Positions 45,886 to 56,450 of a stretch of 64,000 nt of DNA are shown here, piece by piece (positions within the stretch are counted from its first letter, which is position 1; each line of letters opens with the position of its first letter). Under the pieces are notes generated by a model, which did not search any database, had not been told where the DNA came from, and was given only the letters and a program-made list of their open reading frames with translations. A program made the position numbers and the translations under genes. The DNA is from Planctomycetota bacterium (lineage in GTDB: Bacteria > Planctomycetota > JAJSAM01 > JAJVHW01). The stretch spans positions 448,001-512,000 of the forward strand of contig CBDFJG010000001.1 of assembly GCA_965248445.1 (NCBI GenBank), written 5' to 3'.

Positions 45886-47424
45886 TTGCTGCTGCTGGAC
45901 GGAGAAACGCTCTCACTCGCGGATGCCGTGTGCGTCGCACGGGATCCGGATGCGCGCGTGGGCGTGCCCGACGGCGCCTGGGAGCGCGTCCGCGCCTCGC
46001 GCGCCGTGATCGACGCCGCGCTCCAGGGCGGCAAGCCGGTCTACGGCGTCAGCACCGGTTTCGGCAAGCTGCAGAGCGTCGCGATCGCCGCGGGGGACCG
46101 CCTGCGGTTGCAGCTGAACCTCGTTCGTTCCCACGCATGCGGCGTCGGTCCGCTGCTCCCCCCGGACGGCGCGCGCCTGATGCTCCTCCTCCGCATCCAG
46201 TCGCTCCTGCGCGGCAACAGCGGAATCACTCCTGAACTCGTCACGCGGTTGGTGGACGTGTTCAACGCCGGCCTGGTCCCGGCGGTGCCGGAGCAGGGAT
46301 CCGTAGGGGCGAGCGGCGATCTGGCTCCGCTCGCGCACATGTCGCTGGCCGTGATCGGCGAGGGCGAATTCCGCACGGAGCTCGGAACGCAGCCGGCGGC
46401 CGACGCGCTCGCCGCCGCCGGTCTCGACACGACGTACACGCTGCGCGAGAAAGAAGGGCTGGCGCTGCTCAACGGCACACAGCTCTCGACGGCCGTCGGG
46501 ATCCTCGCGCTAGACCACGCCGTCAACAACGTGCGTCACGCCGACGTGGCGACGGCAATGACGATCGACGGACTGATGTACAGCGCGAAGCCGTTCCGCC
46601 CCGCCGTGCAGGCCGTGCGTCCGCATCCCGGACAGATGATGACCGGGAACAACGTGCAGATGCTCCTCGCCGGCAGTGAGATCCTGGAGAGCCACGCCGG
46701 CCCCCACAAGGTGCAGGACGCGTACAGCACGCGCTGTGCGCCGCAGGTGCACGGCGCGGTGCGCGACGCGCTCGCGCACGTGCGGGACGTGCTGGCGCGG
46801 GAGGCGAACAGCACGACGGACAACCCGCTCGTCTTCCCGGACACCGGCGACATCGTCTCGGGGGGCAACTTCCACGCGGAGCCCGTGGGGATGGCGTGCG
46901 ACTACATGGCGATCGCCGCGGCCGAGATCGCGTCGATCTCGGAGCGCCGAATCGAGAGCCTCGTCAATCCGGATCTCTCGAACCTGCCGGCGTTCCTGGC
47001 GCCCGAGCCGGGTCTCTGCAGCGGCATGATGATGGCGCAGGTGACGGCAGCCGCGCTCGTGAGCGAGAACAAGATGCTTGCCCACCCCGCCACGGTGGAC
47101 AGCATCCCGACCTCCGCGAATCAGGAGGACCACGTGTCGATGGCCCCCATCGCCGCGCGCAAGGCGCGCCAGATCGCGCAGAACGCGCAGACCGTGCTGG
47201 CGATCGAGTTCCTCTGCGCCGCGGAGGCGATCGAGCACCGCCGGCCACTGCGCTCGAGCGACGCGATCGAGGCCGTCCACGAAGCGATCCGCGAGGTCGT
47301 CCCCCCACTCACAGACGATCGCGTGTTGTCACCCGACATCCAGGCCGTCCGCGAGCTGATCCGGAACGGGACGCTGCTCGAAGCCGCGGAGTCCACCGCC
47401 GGCCGGCTAGCGGGCCTGCCCTAG
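45886..47424 (+). CDS. hutH: Histidine ammonia-lyase
   Basis: YGVSTGFG, SHACGVG, MIO motif GSVGASGDLAPL, KEGLALLNGT, VQDAYS.RC and NQEDHVSM. Confidence 0.95.
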   Translation: MLLLDGETLSLADAVCVARDPDARVGVPDGAWERVRASRAVIDAALQGGKPVYGVSTGFGKLQSVAIAAGDRLRLQLNLVRSHACGVGPLLPPDGARLMLLLRIQSLLRGNSGITPELVTRLVDVFNAGLVPAVPEQGSVGASGDLAPLAHMSLAVIGEGEFRTELGTQPAADALAAAGLDTTYTLREKEGLALLNGTQLSTAVGILALDHAVNNVRHADVATAMTIDGLMYSAKPFRPAVQAVRPHPGQMMTGNNVQMLLAGSEILESHAGPHKVQDAYSTRCAPQVHGAVRDALAHVRDVLAREANSTTDNPLVFPDTGDIVSGGNFHAEPVGMACDYMAIAAAEIASISERRIESLVNPDLSNLPAFLAPEPGLCSGMMMAQVTAAALVSENKMLAHPATVDSIPTSANQEDHVSMAPIAARKARQIAQNAQTVLAIEFLCAAEAIEHRRPLRSSDAIEAVHEAIREVVPPLTDDRVLSPDIQAVRELIRNGTLLEAAESTAGRLAGLP

Positions 47425-47439
47425 GAGGCTGTCCGGGTC

Positions 47440-47979
47440 ATGAGCGTGCCGCATCCGCCGATCCACACAGATCGGCTCGTGCTGCGCCCACTCACGTTCG
47501 ACGACGTGGATGACGTCTACGCCTACGCGAACGACTCCGAGTGGGTGCGCTACACGCTTGCGGTTCCGTGGCCCTACGAGCGCGAAGACGCTGTGAAGTG
47601 GATCGCGTCACGCACCCTGGTGCCGTGCAAGGCAGGTCAGTGCATGCTCGCCACCGAGTACGAGGGGCACATCATCGGAGCGACGGCCCTGCACGCGCGG
47701 AGCGAAGGCGTGGCGGAGATCGGCTACTCCGTCGGACGCGCTCACTGGGGCCGCGGCATCGCCGCCGAGGCGTGCCGTGCCCTGCTCGCCCATGGCTACG
47801 GCGATCTCGGTCTCGAGGTCGTGTACGCGCGGATCGACCCCGCGAACGCGGCATCGCAGAGCGTGGTTGGCAAGTTGGGGTTCACGTACGAGGGCACGTT
47901 GCGAGGCCGTGACCTCCGCCGCGGTGAGCGCGTGGACCACCAGCATTGGAGCTTGCTCGCAACGGAGTGGAACGCGTGA
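47440..47979 (+). CDS. RimJ/RimL family GNAT acetyltransferase
   Basis: TDRLVLRP, EIGY, HWGRGIAAEA and N.AS..V..KLGF..EG. Confidence 0.88.
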   Translation: MSVPHPPIHTDRLVLRPLTFDDVDDVYAYANDSEWVRYTLAVPWPYEREDAVKWIASRTLVPCKAGQCMLATEYEGHIIGATALHARSEGVAEIGYSVGRAHWGRGIAAEACRALLAHGYGDLGLEVVYARIDPANAASQSVVGKLGFTYEGTLRGRDLRRGERVDHQHWSLLATEWNA

Positions 47980-48524
47980 GCGACCCGCTGCCCGAGTTGC
48001 GAACCGAACGCCTCGTGCTGCGCTCTTTCACGGAGAGAGACGTGGACGCCGTGCTCGCCTACGCCGGCGATCCCGAGGTCTCCCGCTACATCGGCTTCCT
48101 ACCGGTGCCGTACGCGCGCAGTGACGCGGAGAGGTTCCTCGCGCAGATCCTGCTCGAAGACACCGCGAAACACGCGCGGTACGCGATCGAACTGGACGGC
48201 GACGTCATCGGATGCTCGAACCTCGACATCGTCCCCGACCACGAGCGCGCGGAGCTGGGATACCTGCTCCGCCACGACGCATGGGGTCGCGGGTTCGCGA
48301 CCGAGGCAGCGTCCGCCGTGCGCGACCACGGCTTCCGCCACTACGGCCTCTCACTGGTGCACGCGCACGCGGACCCGCGCAACCCGGCATCGCTGCGAGT
48401 CCTCGCGAAGCTCGGCTTCACGCACGAAGGCACGCTCCGCCGCCGCTGGCGACTGCGCGGCGAGTCGATCGACGTCGTCAGCTACTCGCAGACGCGGGAG
48501 GAGTGGGACGCAGCAGGGACGTAG
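47976..48524 (+). CDS. RimJ/RimL family GNAT acetyltransferase (tandem paralog)
   Basis: TERLVLR, ELGY, WGRGFATEA and NPASLRVLAKLGF..EG. Confidence 0.88.
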   Translation: MSDPLPELRTERLVLRSFTERDVDAVLAYAGDPEVSRYIGFLPVPYARSDAERFLAQILLEDTAKHARYAIELDGDVIGCSNLDIVPDHERAELGYLLRHDAWGRGFATEAASAVRDHGFRHYGLSLVHAHADPRNPASLRVLAKLGFTHEGTLRRRWRLRGESIDVVSYSQTREEWDAAGT

Positions 48525-48555
48525 CCACGGCGCCGCAGTGGTCGGCGAGCCGGAG

Positions 48556-49467
48556 TCAGTCCTCGACGCGCTCCAGCTTCGACGAGAACACGTACGTGCC
48601 GTCGAGTTCGATATCGCGGGTTCCAGTGTTCAATTCCTGGTGCGTGGACAACGTTCCACTGCGCTCGCTCGTGATCGGCAGTCCCGTGGCGAGATCGAGG
48701 ACGGCCGTGCCCTTGATGCCCCACTTCGTCGGGCCGTCGTCGCTGGGCTTCTTCTTCCCCTTGCACGTGGTCGTGATCTTCGTGGTGCCGTTGCGCGGCG
48801 TTCCGATCGCGTAGGTTGCTTCGAGCTCGGCGGGCACGTGAAGGCCGGTCAGCACCAGGTTGAGGTCGACGAAACGCTCGCGCTTGATCTTCGTGGAGCG
48901 CGTGATCGTCTTCTCCGGTACCGGCGCGATGAGCCACTGGAAGAGAGCGCGCGCCTTCGTGTCGTCGTCTTCGTCCTCGAAGTGGTCCGCCGCTCCGCCC
49001 TCCAGCGACTTGATGTCACCCTGCGGTGTGACGGTCAGCGTCGTCGGCTGCTCCACGACCTTGCGCATTCCGGGCAGCCCCTGGTCCGGCGACTCGCTCT
49101 CCCAGTCGTAGGATCTCTTTTCCATGCTGAGATTCGAGTACCAGCCCCTCAGCCGCGTGACGGTGACGACGATCTTCGACGATCCGTTGCCGAGCTTCTC
49201 CCTCAGCGTCACGTCCACGTCCCAGGTGCACTCCGCGTGTTGCGCGGTCCCCTTGCCGCCCATGCTCGGCGTCGAGATGTGACGGGTGTCCACCTTCTGG
49301 AAGTACCGGAACTTGTACGTCTCGCCCTCGACGAGGCGGAGCCCCGGTGCCAGCTCGTTGAGCGGCTCGACCCGGGGTTCGTCCTGCGCATGAACCGCGC
49401 TGCCGGTCACCGAAGCAGCCAGTACGGCGAGCATCGCAATCGAAGTCGTGCGTACGTTCATCCGCAC
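48556..49467 (-). CDS. Secreted hypothetical beta-rich protein
   Basis: Signal peptide ending VHA-Q; 303-aa ORF. Confidence 0.7.
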   Translation of the reverse strand: MRMNVRTTSIAMLAVLAASVTGSAVHAQDEPRVEPLNELAPGLRLVEGETYKFRYFQKVDTRHISTPSMGGKGTAQHAECTWDVDVTLREKLGNGSSKIVVTVTRLRGWYSNLSMEKRSYDWESESPDQGLPGMRKVVEQPTTLTVTPQGDIKSLEGGAADHFEDEDDDTKARALFQWLIAPVPEKTITRSTKIKRERFVDLNLVLTGLHVPAELEATYAIGTPRNGTTKITTTCKGKKKPSDDGPTKWGIKGTAVLDLATGLPITSERSGTLSTHQELNTGTRDIELDGTYVFSSKLERVED

Positions 49468-49529
49468 GATCCTACCCGTCCACCGCGGAGGTCTGCCCGC
49501 CCGGACTCCGCTAGCGCTACGATCCGCGG

Positions 49530-51194
49530 ATGAGCACCTCGGGACCGCGTCGAGTCACTCCCCCCACCGGCACGAAGCTGCACTGCGCCAACTGGCAGAT
49601 CGAAGCGCCGTTCCGGATGATCCAGCACAACCTCGCGCCGGACAACGCGGAGGACCCCGATCATCTCATCGTGTACGGCGGCTCCGGCAAGGCCGCGCGC
49701 AACTGGGAGTGCTTCGACGCGATCCTCGAGTCGCTGCGGACGCTCGCGCCCGATGAGACGCTGCTGGTGCAGAGCGGCAAGCCCGTCGGCGTGTTCCGGA
49801 CGCACGTCGGTGCGCCGCGCGTGCTCATCGCGAACTCGAATCTCGTCGGGCGCTGGGCGAACTGGGAGCACTTCCGCGAGCTCGAAAAGCAGGGCCTGAT
49901 GATGTACGGGCAGATGACCGCTGGGTCATGGATCTACATCGGCACGCAGGGCATCCTCCAGGGCACCTACGAGACGTTCGCCGAGGCGGCGCGGCAGCAC
50001 GCGGACCGAAGCCTCGCCGGGAAGCTCGTCGTCTCCGGCGGACTCGGCGGCATGGGCGGCGCCCAGCCGCTGGCGGCAACGATGAACGAGGCGACGTTCC
50101 TCGGCGCCGATGTCGACCCGGCGCGCATCGCGAAGCGCGTCGAGACGCGCTACCTGGACGAGGTCGCGGACAGCGTGGACGCGGCGATCGACCGGGCGCT
50201 CGCCGCGTGCGCCGCGAAGGAAGCCGTCTCGATCGGCGTGGCCGCGCCGCAAACCGATCTGCTGCGCCGCCTGATCGAGCGCGGGATCACGCCGTGCCTC
50301 CTGACCGACCAGACCAGCGCACACGACGAACTGATGGGATACGTCCCCGACGGTATCGCATTCGAGGCGGCGCTGGAACTGCGCGACAGCGATCCTGACC
50401 GGTACATCGCCGAGTCCCTGCGCACCATGGTCGATCACTGCAAGATGATGGTGACACTGCAGCAGCGCGGCGCGGCCACCTTCGACTACGGCAACAACCT
50501 CCGCGGACAGGCGCTCGAGAACGGCTACGCGGACGCGTTCTCGTTCCCCGGCTTCGTGCCCGCGTACATCCGGCCGCTGTTCTGCGAGGGCAAGGGCCCG
50601 TTCCGCTGGGTGGCACTCTCCGGCGACCCCGAGGACATCCGCAAGACGGACGACGCGATCTTGCGGCTCTTCCCCGACGACAAGCCGTTGGCGCGGTGGA
50701 TCCGGCTCGCACAGGAGCGGGTCGCGTTCCAGGGACTGCCGTCCCGCATCTGCTGGCTCGGCTACGGCGAGCGGGCGCGCGCCGGACTCGAGTTCAACCG
50801 GATGGTGCGCGACGCCGAACTCGCCGCGCCGGTCGTGATCGGCCGCGACCACCTGGACTGCGGCTCCGTCGCGTCACCCAATCGCGAGACCGAAGCGATG
50901 AAGGACGGCACCGACGCCGTCGCCGATTGGCCGATCCTGAACGCGCTGCTCAACACAGCGGCCGGCGCGACGTGGGTGTCGTTCCACCACGGTGGCGGCG
51001 TCGGCATGGGCTACTCGCTGCACGCGGGCATGGTCATCTGCTGCGACGGCACACCCGAGATGGACGAGCGCATCGAGCGCGTGCTGACCTGCGATCCGGG
51101 AACCGGTGTGATGCGGCACGCAGACGCGGGTTACGAACGCGCGATCGACGTCGCACGAGAACGCGGCGTGCAACTTCCGATGCTCGACGCGTGA
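49530..51194 (+). CDS. hutU: Urocanate hydratase
   Basis: [49 protein letters not shown] and HHGGGVG. Confidence 0.96.
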   Translation: MSTSGPRRVTPPTGTKLHCANWQIEAPFRMIQHNLAPDNAEDPDHLIVYGGSGKAARNWECFDAILESLRTLAPDETLLVQSGKPVGVFRTHVGAPRVLIANSNLVGRWANWEHFRELEKQGLMMYGQMTAGSWIYIGTQGILQGTYETFAEAARQHADRSLAGKLVVSGGLGGMGGAQPLAATMNEATFLGADVDPARIAKRVETRYLDEVADSVDAAIDRALAACAAKEAVSIGVAAPQTDLLRRLIERGITPCLLTDQTSAHDELMGYVPDGIAFEAALELRDSDPDRYIAESLRTMVDHCKMMVTLQQRGAATFDYGNNLRGQALENGYADAFSFPGFVPAYIRPLFCEGKGPFRWVALSGDPEDIRKTDDAILRLFPDDKPLARWIRLAQERVAFQGLPSRICWLGYGERARAGLEFNRMVRDAELAAPVVIGRDHLDCGSVASPNRETEAMKDGTDAVADWPILNALLNTAAGATWVSFHHGGGVGMGYSLHAGMVICCDGTPEMDERIERVLTCDPGTGVMRHADAGYERAIDVARERGVQLPMLDA

Positions 51195-51240
51195 ACGCTT
51201 CGCCCCTTCGTGCGTCCAACGGCGCACAGGAGGTGAACGA

Positions 51241-51555
51241 ATGAACATTCCGAACAGAATCACGACCATGGCGCTTTGTGCGCTGCTCGCCGGTTGCGCC
51301 GGCTCCACGTCCGAGGACGGTGATGAGATCGCGCGCCTCTCGAACGACGGCAACGTGTTCGCGCCGGGCACGCCCGAATCCGAGGTCCGTGCCCGCATGG
51401 GTGAACCCCGGCGCGTCGTCTCGACGGCCGGCGGACAACGCTGGACGTACGCAGAGGGTGTCGCGTTCGAACGCCCGCAGCATGCGGTGGTGACGACACT
51501 GACGTTCGCCGGCGGACGCCTCACGGGCGTCGAGAGCTACAGCGCGGACGACTGA
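51241..51555 (+). CDS. Small lipoprotein (SmpA/OmlA-like)
   Basis: AGGAGGT RBS; lipobox LAGC; EVRARMGEP..WTY. Confidence 0.75.
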   Translation: MNIPNRITTMALCALLAGCAGSTSEDGDEIARLSNDGNVFAPGTPESEVRARMGEPRRVVSTAGGQRWTYAEGVAFERPQHAVVTTLTFAGGRLTGVESYSADD

Positions 51556-51610
51556 GGCCGCGGCAGCGGCGAATGCGGAAGGGCCGCGAACTGTTAGCGT
51601 GGGCGTCTCC

Positions 51611-53953
51611 ATGCTCCGCGCGCTCGCCGCTCTCCAGCTGACAAGCGTCCTCCTCGGCTCCGCCGCGGCGGCTGACAGGGCTCCCATCACGGAGGCCGAG
51701 ACACTGCTGGAGAGCAGCAAGGTGGAAGACCGTCTCCACGCGCTCGAGATCATGGAGGCGCTCGACCACTCGCCGCGCCTGATCAAGGCGCTCAAGAAGG
51801 CGATCGACGACGAGGACTGGGGAGTCCAGATCATCGCGGCCGAGCTGCTCGGCGAGAAGGGACAGAAGCAGGACGCATCGACGCTGGCCGCACTGGCCGT
51901 CAGCGGCGAGATCGAGTGGGTCCGCGATGCGGCCGCCAAAGCGCTCGGAGTGCTCGAGCCGAAGAAGGCCGCGGGCATGATCATCGACCACAGCAAGAAG
52001 ACGCGTGACGAGAAGCGGCGCGCGAACGCGCTGCGTGGCGCGGCTGCAGTCGCAACCGCCGATGACGACACCCGCATGGCGAACTTCGCGAAGAACAAGG
52101 ACATCTACATCGCTCGCGAGGCCGCTCGCGGGCTTGCGCTCGCTGCGCAGGATCCCGAGCGCCGCGAGAAGGTGATGAAGGCCCTCGCGGGCGTGCTCAA
52201 GTCCGGCAAGAAGAAGAAGCACTTCCTGGCGTACTCGACGGCCGTCGAGATCCTCGGCCGGGTCGACGACGCGGACGTGCGCGCGCGCCTCGTGCGCGAG
52301 GTCCTGCTGCCGGAGGACGACGACGGATACCTCCTCGAACGCGTGGGACGTGGGCTCTCGGCCGCCGGCGACGCCGCAGCGACCACGGCGCTGCAGGCCG
52401 CGCGCCCAGCAGCCAAGAAACCACGGCAGCTGCGGCGGCTCATCCGGCTGGCTGCGCGCGCCCGCGCCGCCGGTATGGGCGCAGACATCGAGAAGACACT
52501 CGGGCATGCCGACGAGCGCGTGCGGAGCGAGTCGACTCGTGCTCTCGGGATCTTCGAGGATCCCGCTTCGGAGAACGCACTGATCGCGCGCCTCGACGAC
52601 AGGAGTCGTTTCGTGCGCATCGAGGCCGTGACCGCATTGCGCCGTGTCATCCCGCGGGACAAGTTCTTCGCCCTCGGCGAGAAGATCGCGAAGGACAAGG
52701 ACGAGAAGGTCCGCGTCCAGTTCGTCGTCGAGTGCTACGACCTCATGAACCCGGCGGCCATCCCGGCACTCACGCCGTATCTCGAGGACAAGCACTGGCG
52801 CGTGGCGAGCGCCGCAGCCGCCGCCGTCGGGGCCATCGGCATCGAAGAGGAGATGCCGCTCCTCGTCCCGCTTCTGAAGCACAAGGACTGGCGCATTCGC
52901 GGTGCGGCCTACGAGGGTCTCGGGCGGCTGCGCACGGCACTGGCGCTGCCGAAGCTCATCGAAGGCCTGCGCGACCGCGATCCGACCGTCAAGGGCGTCT
53001 GTCTCACCAACCTCCGCGTCCTGACGAGCTTGAAATGGGGCTACGACGCGGGCAAGTGGTCGGAGTGGGCCAAAGAGAACGCCGCAACGCTCGCAATCGA
53101 GAAGCGCAGCCGCAAAGCGAAGAAGGAGGAGAACGAGGACCGGTACGCGCGAAGAACACGCGACCAGGGCGTCGAGATCCTCCAGAAGGCCAGAATCCTC
53201 GTCGTGAAGGGCGCGTGGGACAAGGTCGAGGTCGTGCTCGAGCACCTCGACATCCCTCACACGCCGATGCGGGCGCAGGAACTGAAGACCGCGGGTCTCG
53301 GTCCGAACCAGATCCTGCTCGTGAACTGCGAGGGCAACGTCGACTCCGACACGTCCATGCGTATCGATTGGTACGTCAACGTCGGCGGCTACCTGATGAC
53401 GACCGACTGGGCGCTGACCAAGACGGTCATGCCGATCTTCCCGGGCTACGTCACGCAATACGCGCGGTCATCCACAGGCAACGACGTGGTCATCGTCGAG
53501 GAGGGCATCCCCGGCCACCCGTACACCGCGGGCATATTCGAAGGCGTGCCGGCGCTGCAGTGGTGGCTCGAGATCCAGGCCTTCCCCATCACGGTCGACT
53601 ATCCCGAGCGGGTCGAGGTGCTCGTGGACAGCGCCGAGATGCGCCAGCGCTACGGGAGTTCCCCCATGGGCGTCGTGTTCCGCTCGGGGCTCGGCCGCGT
53701 GCAGCACTCGCTCAGCCACTTCGCGCTCCAGGAAGAGGGGATGCAGCACGCGAGCAAGTCCCGCGAGCGCATGATCTTCGCCGCCGACAATCTGGGCCTC
53801 TCGCTCGAGACGATCCGCAAGCTCTCCGAGGAGGGCGCATTCGACGGTCGATTGAGCGAGGAGACCATGAAGCAGATCGCGCCCGAGTACTCGATGTTCC
53901 GGATGATCGTCAACTACGTCGCCGAGAAGAGCCTCTGGGTCGAGGACCTCTGA
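51611..53953 (+). CDS. Secreted HEAT-repeat protein with a C-terminal alpha/beta domain
   Basis: Signal peptide; repeated D..W.VR..AA..LG; C-terminal ILVVKG.WD, LLVNC and GGYLMTTDW. Confidence 0.8.
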   Translation: MLRALAALQLTSVLLGSAAAADRAPITEAETLLESSKVEDRLHALEIMEALDHSPRLIKALKKAIDDEDWGVQIIAAELLGEKGQKQDASTLAALAVSGEIEWVRDAAAKALGVLEPKKAAGMIIDHSKKTRDEKRRANALRGAAAVATADDDTRMANFAKNKDIYIAREAARGLALAAQDPERREKVMKALAGVLKSGKKKKHFLAYSTAVEILGRVDDADVRARLVREVLLPEDDDGYLLERVGRGLSAAGDAAATTALQAARPAAKKPRQLRRLIRLAARARAAGMGADIEKTLGHADERVRSESTRALGIFEDPASENALIARLDDRSRFVRIEAVTALRRVIPRDKFFALGEKIAKDKDEKVRVQFVVECYDLMNPAAIPALTPYLEDKHWRVASAAAAAVGAIGIEEEMPLLVPLLKHKDWRIRGAAYEGLGRLRTALALPKLIEGLRDRDPTVKGVCLTNLRVLTSLKWGYDAGKWSEWAKENAATLAIEKRSRKAKKEENEDRYARRTRDQGVEILQKARILVVKGAWDKVEVVLEHLDIPHTPMRAQELKTAGLGPNQILLVNCEGNVDSDTSMRIDWYVNVGGYLMTTDWALTKTVMPIFPGYVTQYARSSTGNDVVIVEEGIPGHPYTAGIFEGVPALQWWLEIQAFPITVDYPERVEVLVDSAEMRQRYGSSPMGVVFRSGLGRVQHSLSHFALQEEGMQHASKSRERMIFAADNLGLSLETIRKLSEEGAFDGRLSEETMKQIAPEYSMFRMIVNYVAEKSLWVEDL

Positions 53954-54019
53954 GGCCGGTCGGGCAGGACGCCCCCCGGTCGCCTGCGACCGGACCATCG
54001 GTGCGCCGCCGTCTCAGTG

Positions 54020-54457
54020 CTACTGCTTCTTCTTCTTCTTCAAGTACCCGCCGATGAACCAGCTGTGACCGGCGACCCCGTCCACGCTCCCGAAGGCGAG
54101 CCTCTGGCCCTCGTCGAAGACGACCCCCGATGCGAGCGGGACGAAGAGTGTGTGGCCCGCAGGGACGGCGAGCGTCGTGATCGCATGAGCGTCGTCGCGG
54201 AGCAGTGCCGCGTACGCCGCCTCGGTGGCGACGAAGTTCGTGATCAGCACGTCGGTCACGACCAGCTGCTGCCCCGGCGGGACCGTGTACCGGGTCTCGG
54301 TCGTGGTCCCGGCTTGCAAGAAGCCCGACTGGAGTTCGAACGTGTCGAGCACCTTACCTCTCTCCTTGATCACCGGCGTCCCCGCCAGGACCCCCGATGT
54401 GCTCAGCCAGGCCGCCACCACGATGGCCAGCCCGATCCAGACCGCATCTCGTCTCAT
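54020..54457 (-). CDS. Secreted small hypothetical protein (paralog A)
   Basis: Signal peptide; GTPVIKERGKVL..YTVPPGQQLVVTDVLI..WFIGGYLKK. Confidence 0.75.
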   Translation of the reverse strand: MRRDAVWIGLAIVVAAWLSTSGVLAGTPVIKERGKVLDTFELQSGFLQAGTTTETRYTVPPGQQLVVTDVLITNFVATEAAYAALLRDDAHAITTLAVPAGHTLFVPLASGVVFDEGQRLAFGSVDGVAGHSWFIGGYLKKKKKQ

Positions 54458-54655
54458 CCCCGTCTCCTCCTCCCGCCAACCCCACGCCGACGATGCGACG
54501 GAGAGTAGACGACGGGCTCTGCGGGATGGGATTCGCAGTTCTCCGCTGAGCACTCCCCCGCGACGCAAGCGTCCGTTGCGCTCTGAACGCACGCGCGGCG
54601 GCGGGAGACTGCTCCCCCACCGCCGCTCCGGTTCTCTGCTTACTGTGGGTCTTGC

Positions 54656-55087
54656 CTACTTGGGCATCTTCTTCAGGTAGCCGCCAACGAACCAGCGCGT
54701 GGTGCCGCCGCTCTGTCCGTTGCGGATCTGCAGGGTGTCCCCCTCGTCGAACGCCAGCCCGGTGTTGAGATTGACCACCGCCGTGTCGCCGACCTGCACG
54801 GCAACGAGCGGGATCGCGTCCGTACCACTACGGAAGATCCTCTGACAGCAGACGTCTCCCGCGTTGCTGTTCGAGATCAAGATGTCGGTGACGACCAGCT
54901 GCTGGCCGGCCGGGACAGTGAACAGCGTGGCGCTCGTCGTCAGGTTGCCGACGTCCTGCAGCAGTTCCACGGTGCCGAGCACCTTGCCCTTCTCCTTGAT
55001 CGCGGGTGTCCCGGCGTTCACCGCGGTCGTGACGAGCAGGCCGGCCGCGAGCACGGCTACGGCGATCCAACTGATGTTCTTCGACAT
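54656..55087 (-). CDS. Secreted small hypothetical protein (paralog B)
   Basis: Signal peptide; GTPAIKEKGKVL..FTVPAGQQLVVTDILI..WFVGGYLKK. Confidence 0.75.
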   Translation of the reverse strand: MSKNISWIAVAVLAAGLLVTTAVNAGTPAIKEKGKVLGTVELLQDVGNLTTSATLFTVPAGQQLVVTDILISNSNAGDVCCQRIFRSGTDAIPLVAVQVGDTAVVNLNTGLAFDEGDTLQIRNGQSGGTTRWFVGGYLKKMPK

Positions 55088-55199
55088 CTTGCACTCCTCT
55101 CCCCGCCGGCCCCACGCCGACGCTTTGGGGCGAGAGTAAACCACCGGGGCGCTGGATGGGGATTCGAGTTGCGTCGGTCACTCCGGTTAGACATCGCAC

Positions 55200-56450
55200 A
55201 TGCGAGTCGATCTGCTGATCACGAACGCATCGGAACTGCTGACCATGGCGGACGGTCCGGACGGACCGCTGCGCGGTGCTGATCTGGCAGCGCCGGGGAT
55301 CGTCGAGGACGGCGCCGTGGCGATTCGTGCGGGCACGATCGAAGCAGTCGGCACGACCGCGGAGCTGACCGCACGGTGTGAGCCGGATCACACGATCGAC
55401 GCCGGGGGATGCGTCGTGTTACCGGGCTTCGTGGACCCGCACACACACTTGGTGTTCGGCCGCACGCGTGAGTACGAGTTCGAGAGGCGCTGCCTCGGAC
55501 AGTCGTACGAGGAGATCGCCGCCGCCGGCGGCGGCATCCAGGCGTCCGCGCGGCGCTTCCGTGTCACGCCCCGAGAGGAGATCGTCGCCCAGGCCCGCGT
55601 GACGCGGCGGCGGGCGCTGCTGCACGGCACCACGACCATCGAGATCAAGTCCGGCTACGGCCTCTCGACAGAGACCGAGCTGCTCGCCCTCGAGATCGCC
55701 GGCGAGATCGACGACCGCGGCGACGTCGTGCGCACGTTCCTCGGCGCGCACGAAGTACCCGGCGAGTGGCGTCAGGACCGCGCGGGTTACGTCAAGCTCG
55801 TCGTCGAGGAGATGCTCCCCGCCGTCGCAGAGGGCGACCTCGCGCAATTCTGCGACGTGTTCTGCGAGGAGCACGTGTTCACGTGCGACGAGACACGCAC
55901 CATCTCCGAGGCGGCCAAGGCGCTCGGACTGGGCATCAAACTGCACGCCGACGAACTCGCCGGAACCGGCGGCGCCGAACTCGCCGTGGAACTCGGAGCG
56001 ACGTCCGCCGATCACCTGATGCGCGTGAGCGACGAGGGCATCGCGGCGCTCGCCGGAAGCGACACCGTCGCCGTGCTGCTGCCTGCGACGTCCTATTTCC
56101 TCGGCATGAAGCACTTCGCGCCGGCGCGCAAGATGATCGACGCCGGCTGCGCGGTCGCACTCGCCACGGACTGCAACCCCGGCTCGTCGATGACGGAGAA
56201 CCCGCAGACCACGCTCACGACCGCGTGCATCGGGCTCTGCCTCCGCCCCATCGAGGCGCTGGCGATGATGACCCGCAACGCTGCCTACGCCCTGTCACTC
56301 GGGCATCGCGTCGGAAGGCTGGCTCCGGGTTATCGCGCTGACGTGCTGATCACCGACGCCGCGAACCACCGGCTGATCCCGTATCACCACGGCGTGAACC
56401 ACGTGAATACCGTGGTGCATCATGGTGAGGTCGTTGGCGAGGCCGGTTAG
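55200..56450 (+). CDS. hutI: Imidazolonepropionase
   Basis: PGFVDPHTHLVF, GTTTIEIKSGYGL, TFLGAH, DVFCE, HADEL, SADHL and ATDCNPGSS. Confidence 0.95.
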   Translation: MRVDLLITNASELLTMADGPDGPLRGADLAAPGIVEDGAVAIRAGTIEAVGTTAELTARCEPDHTIDAGGCVVLPGFVDPHTHLVFGRTREYEFERRCLGQSYEEIAAAGGGIQASARRFRVTPREEIVAQARVTRRRALLHGTTTIEIKSGYGLSTETELLALEIAGEIDDRGDVVRTFLGAHEVPGEWRQDRAGYVKLVVEEMLPAVAEGDLAQFCDVFCEEHVFTCDETRTISEAAKALGLGIKLHADELAGTGGAELAVELGATSADHLMRVSDEGIAALAGSDTVAVLLPATSYFLGMKHFAPARKMIDAGCAVALATDCNPGSSMTENPQTTLTTACIGLCLRPIEALAMMTRNAAYALSLGHRVGRLAPGYRADVLITDAANHRLIPYHHGVNHVNTVVHHGEVVGEAG

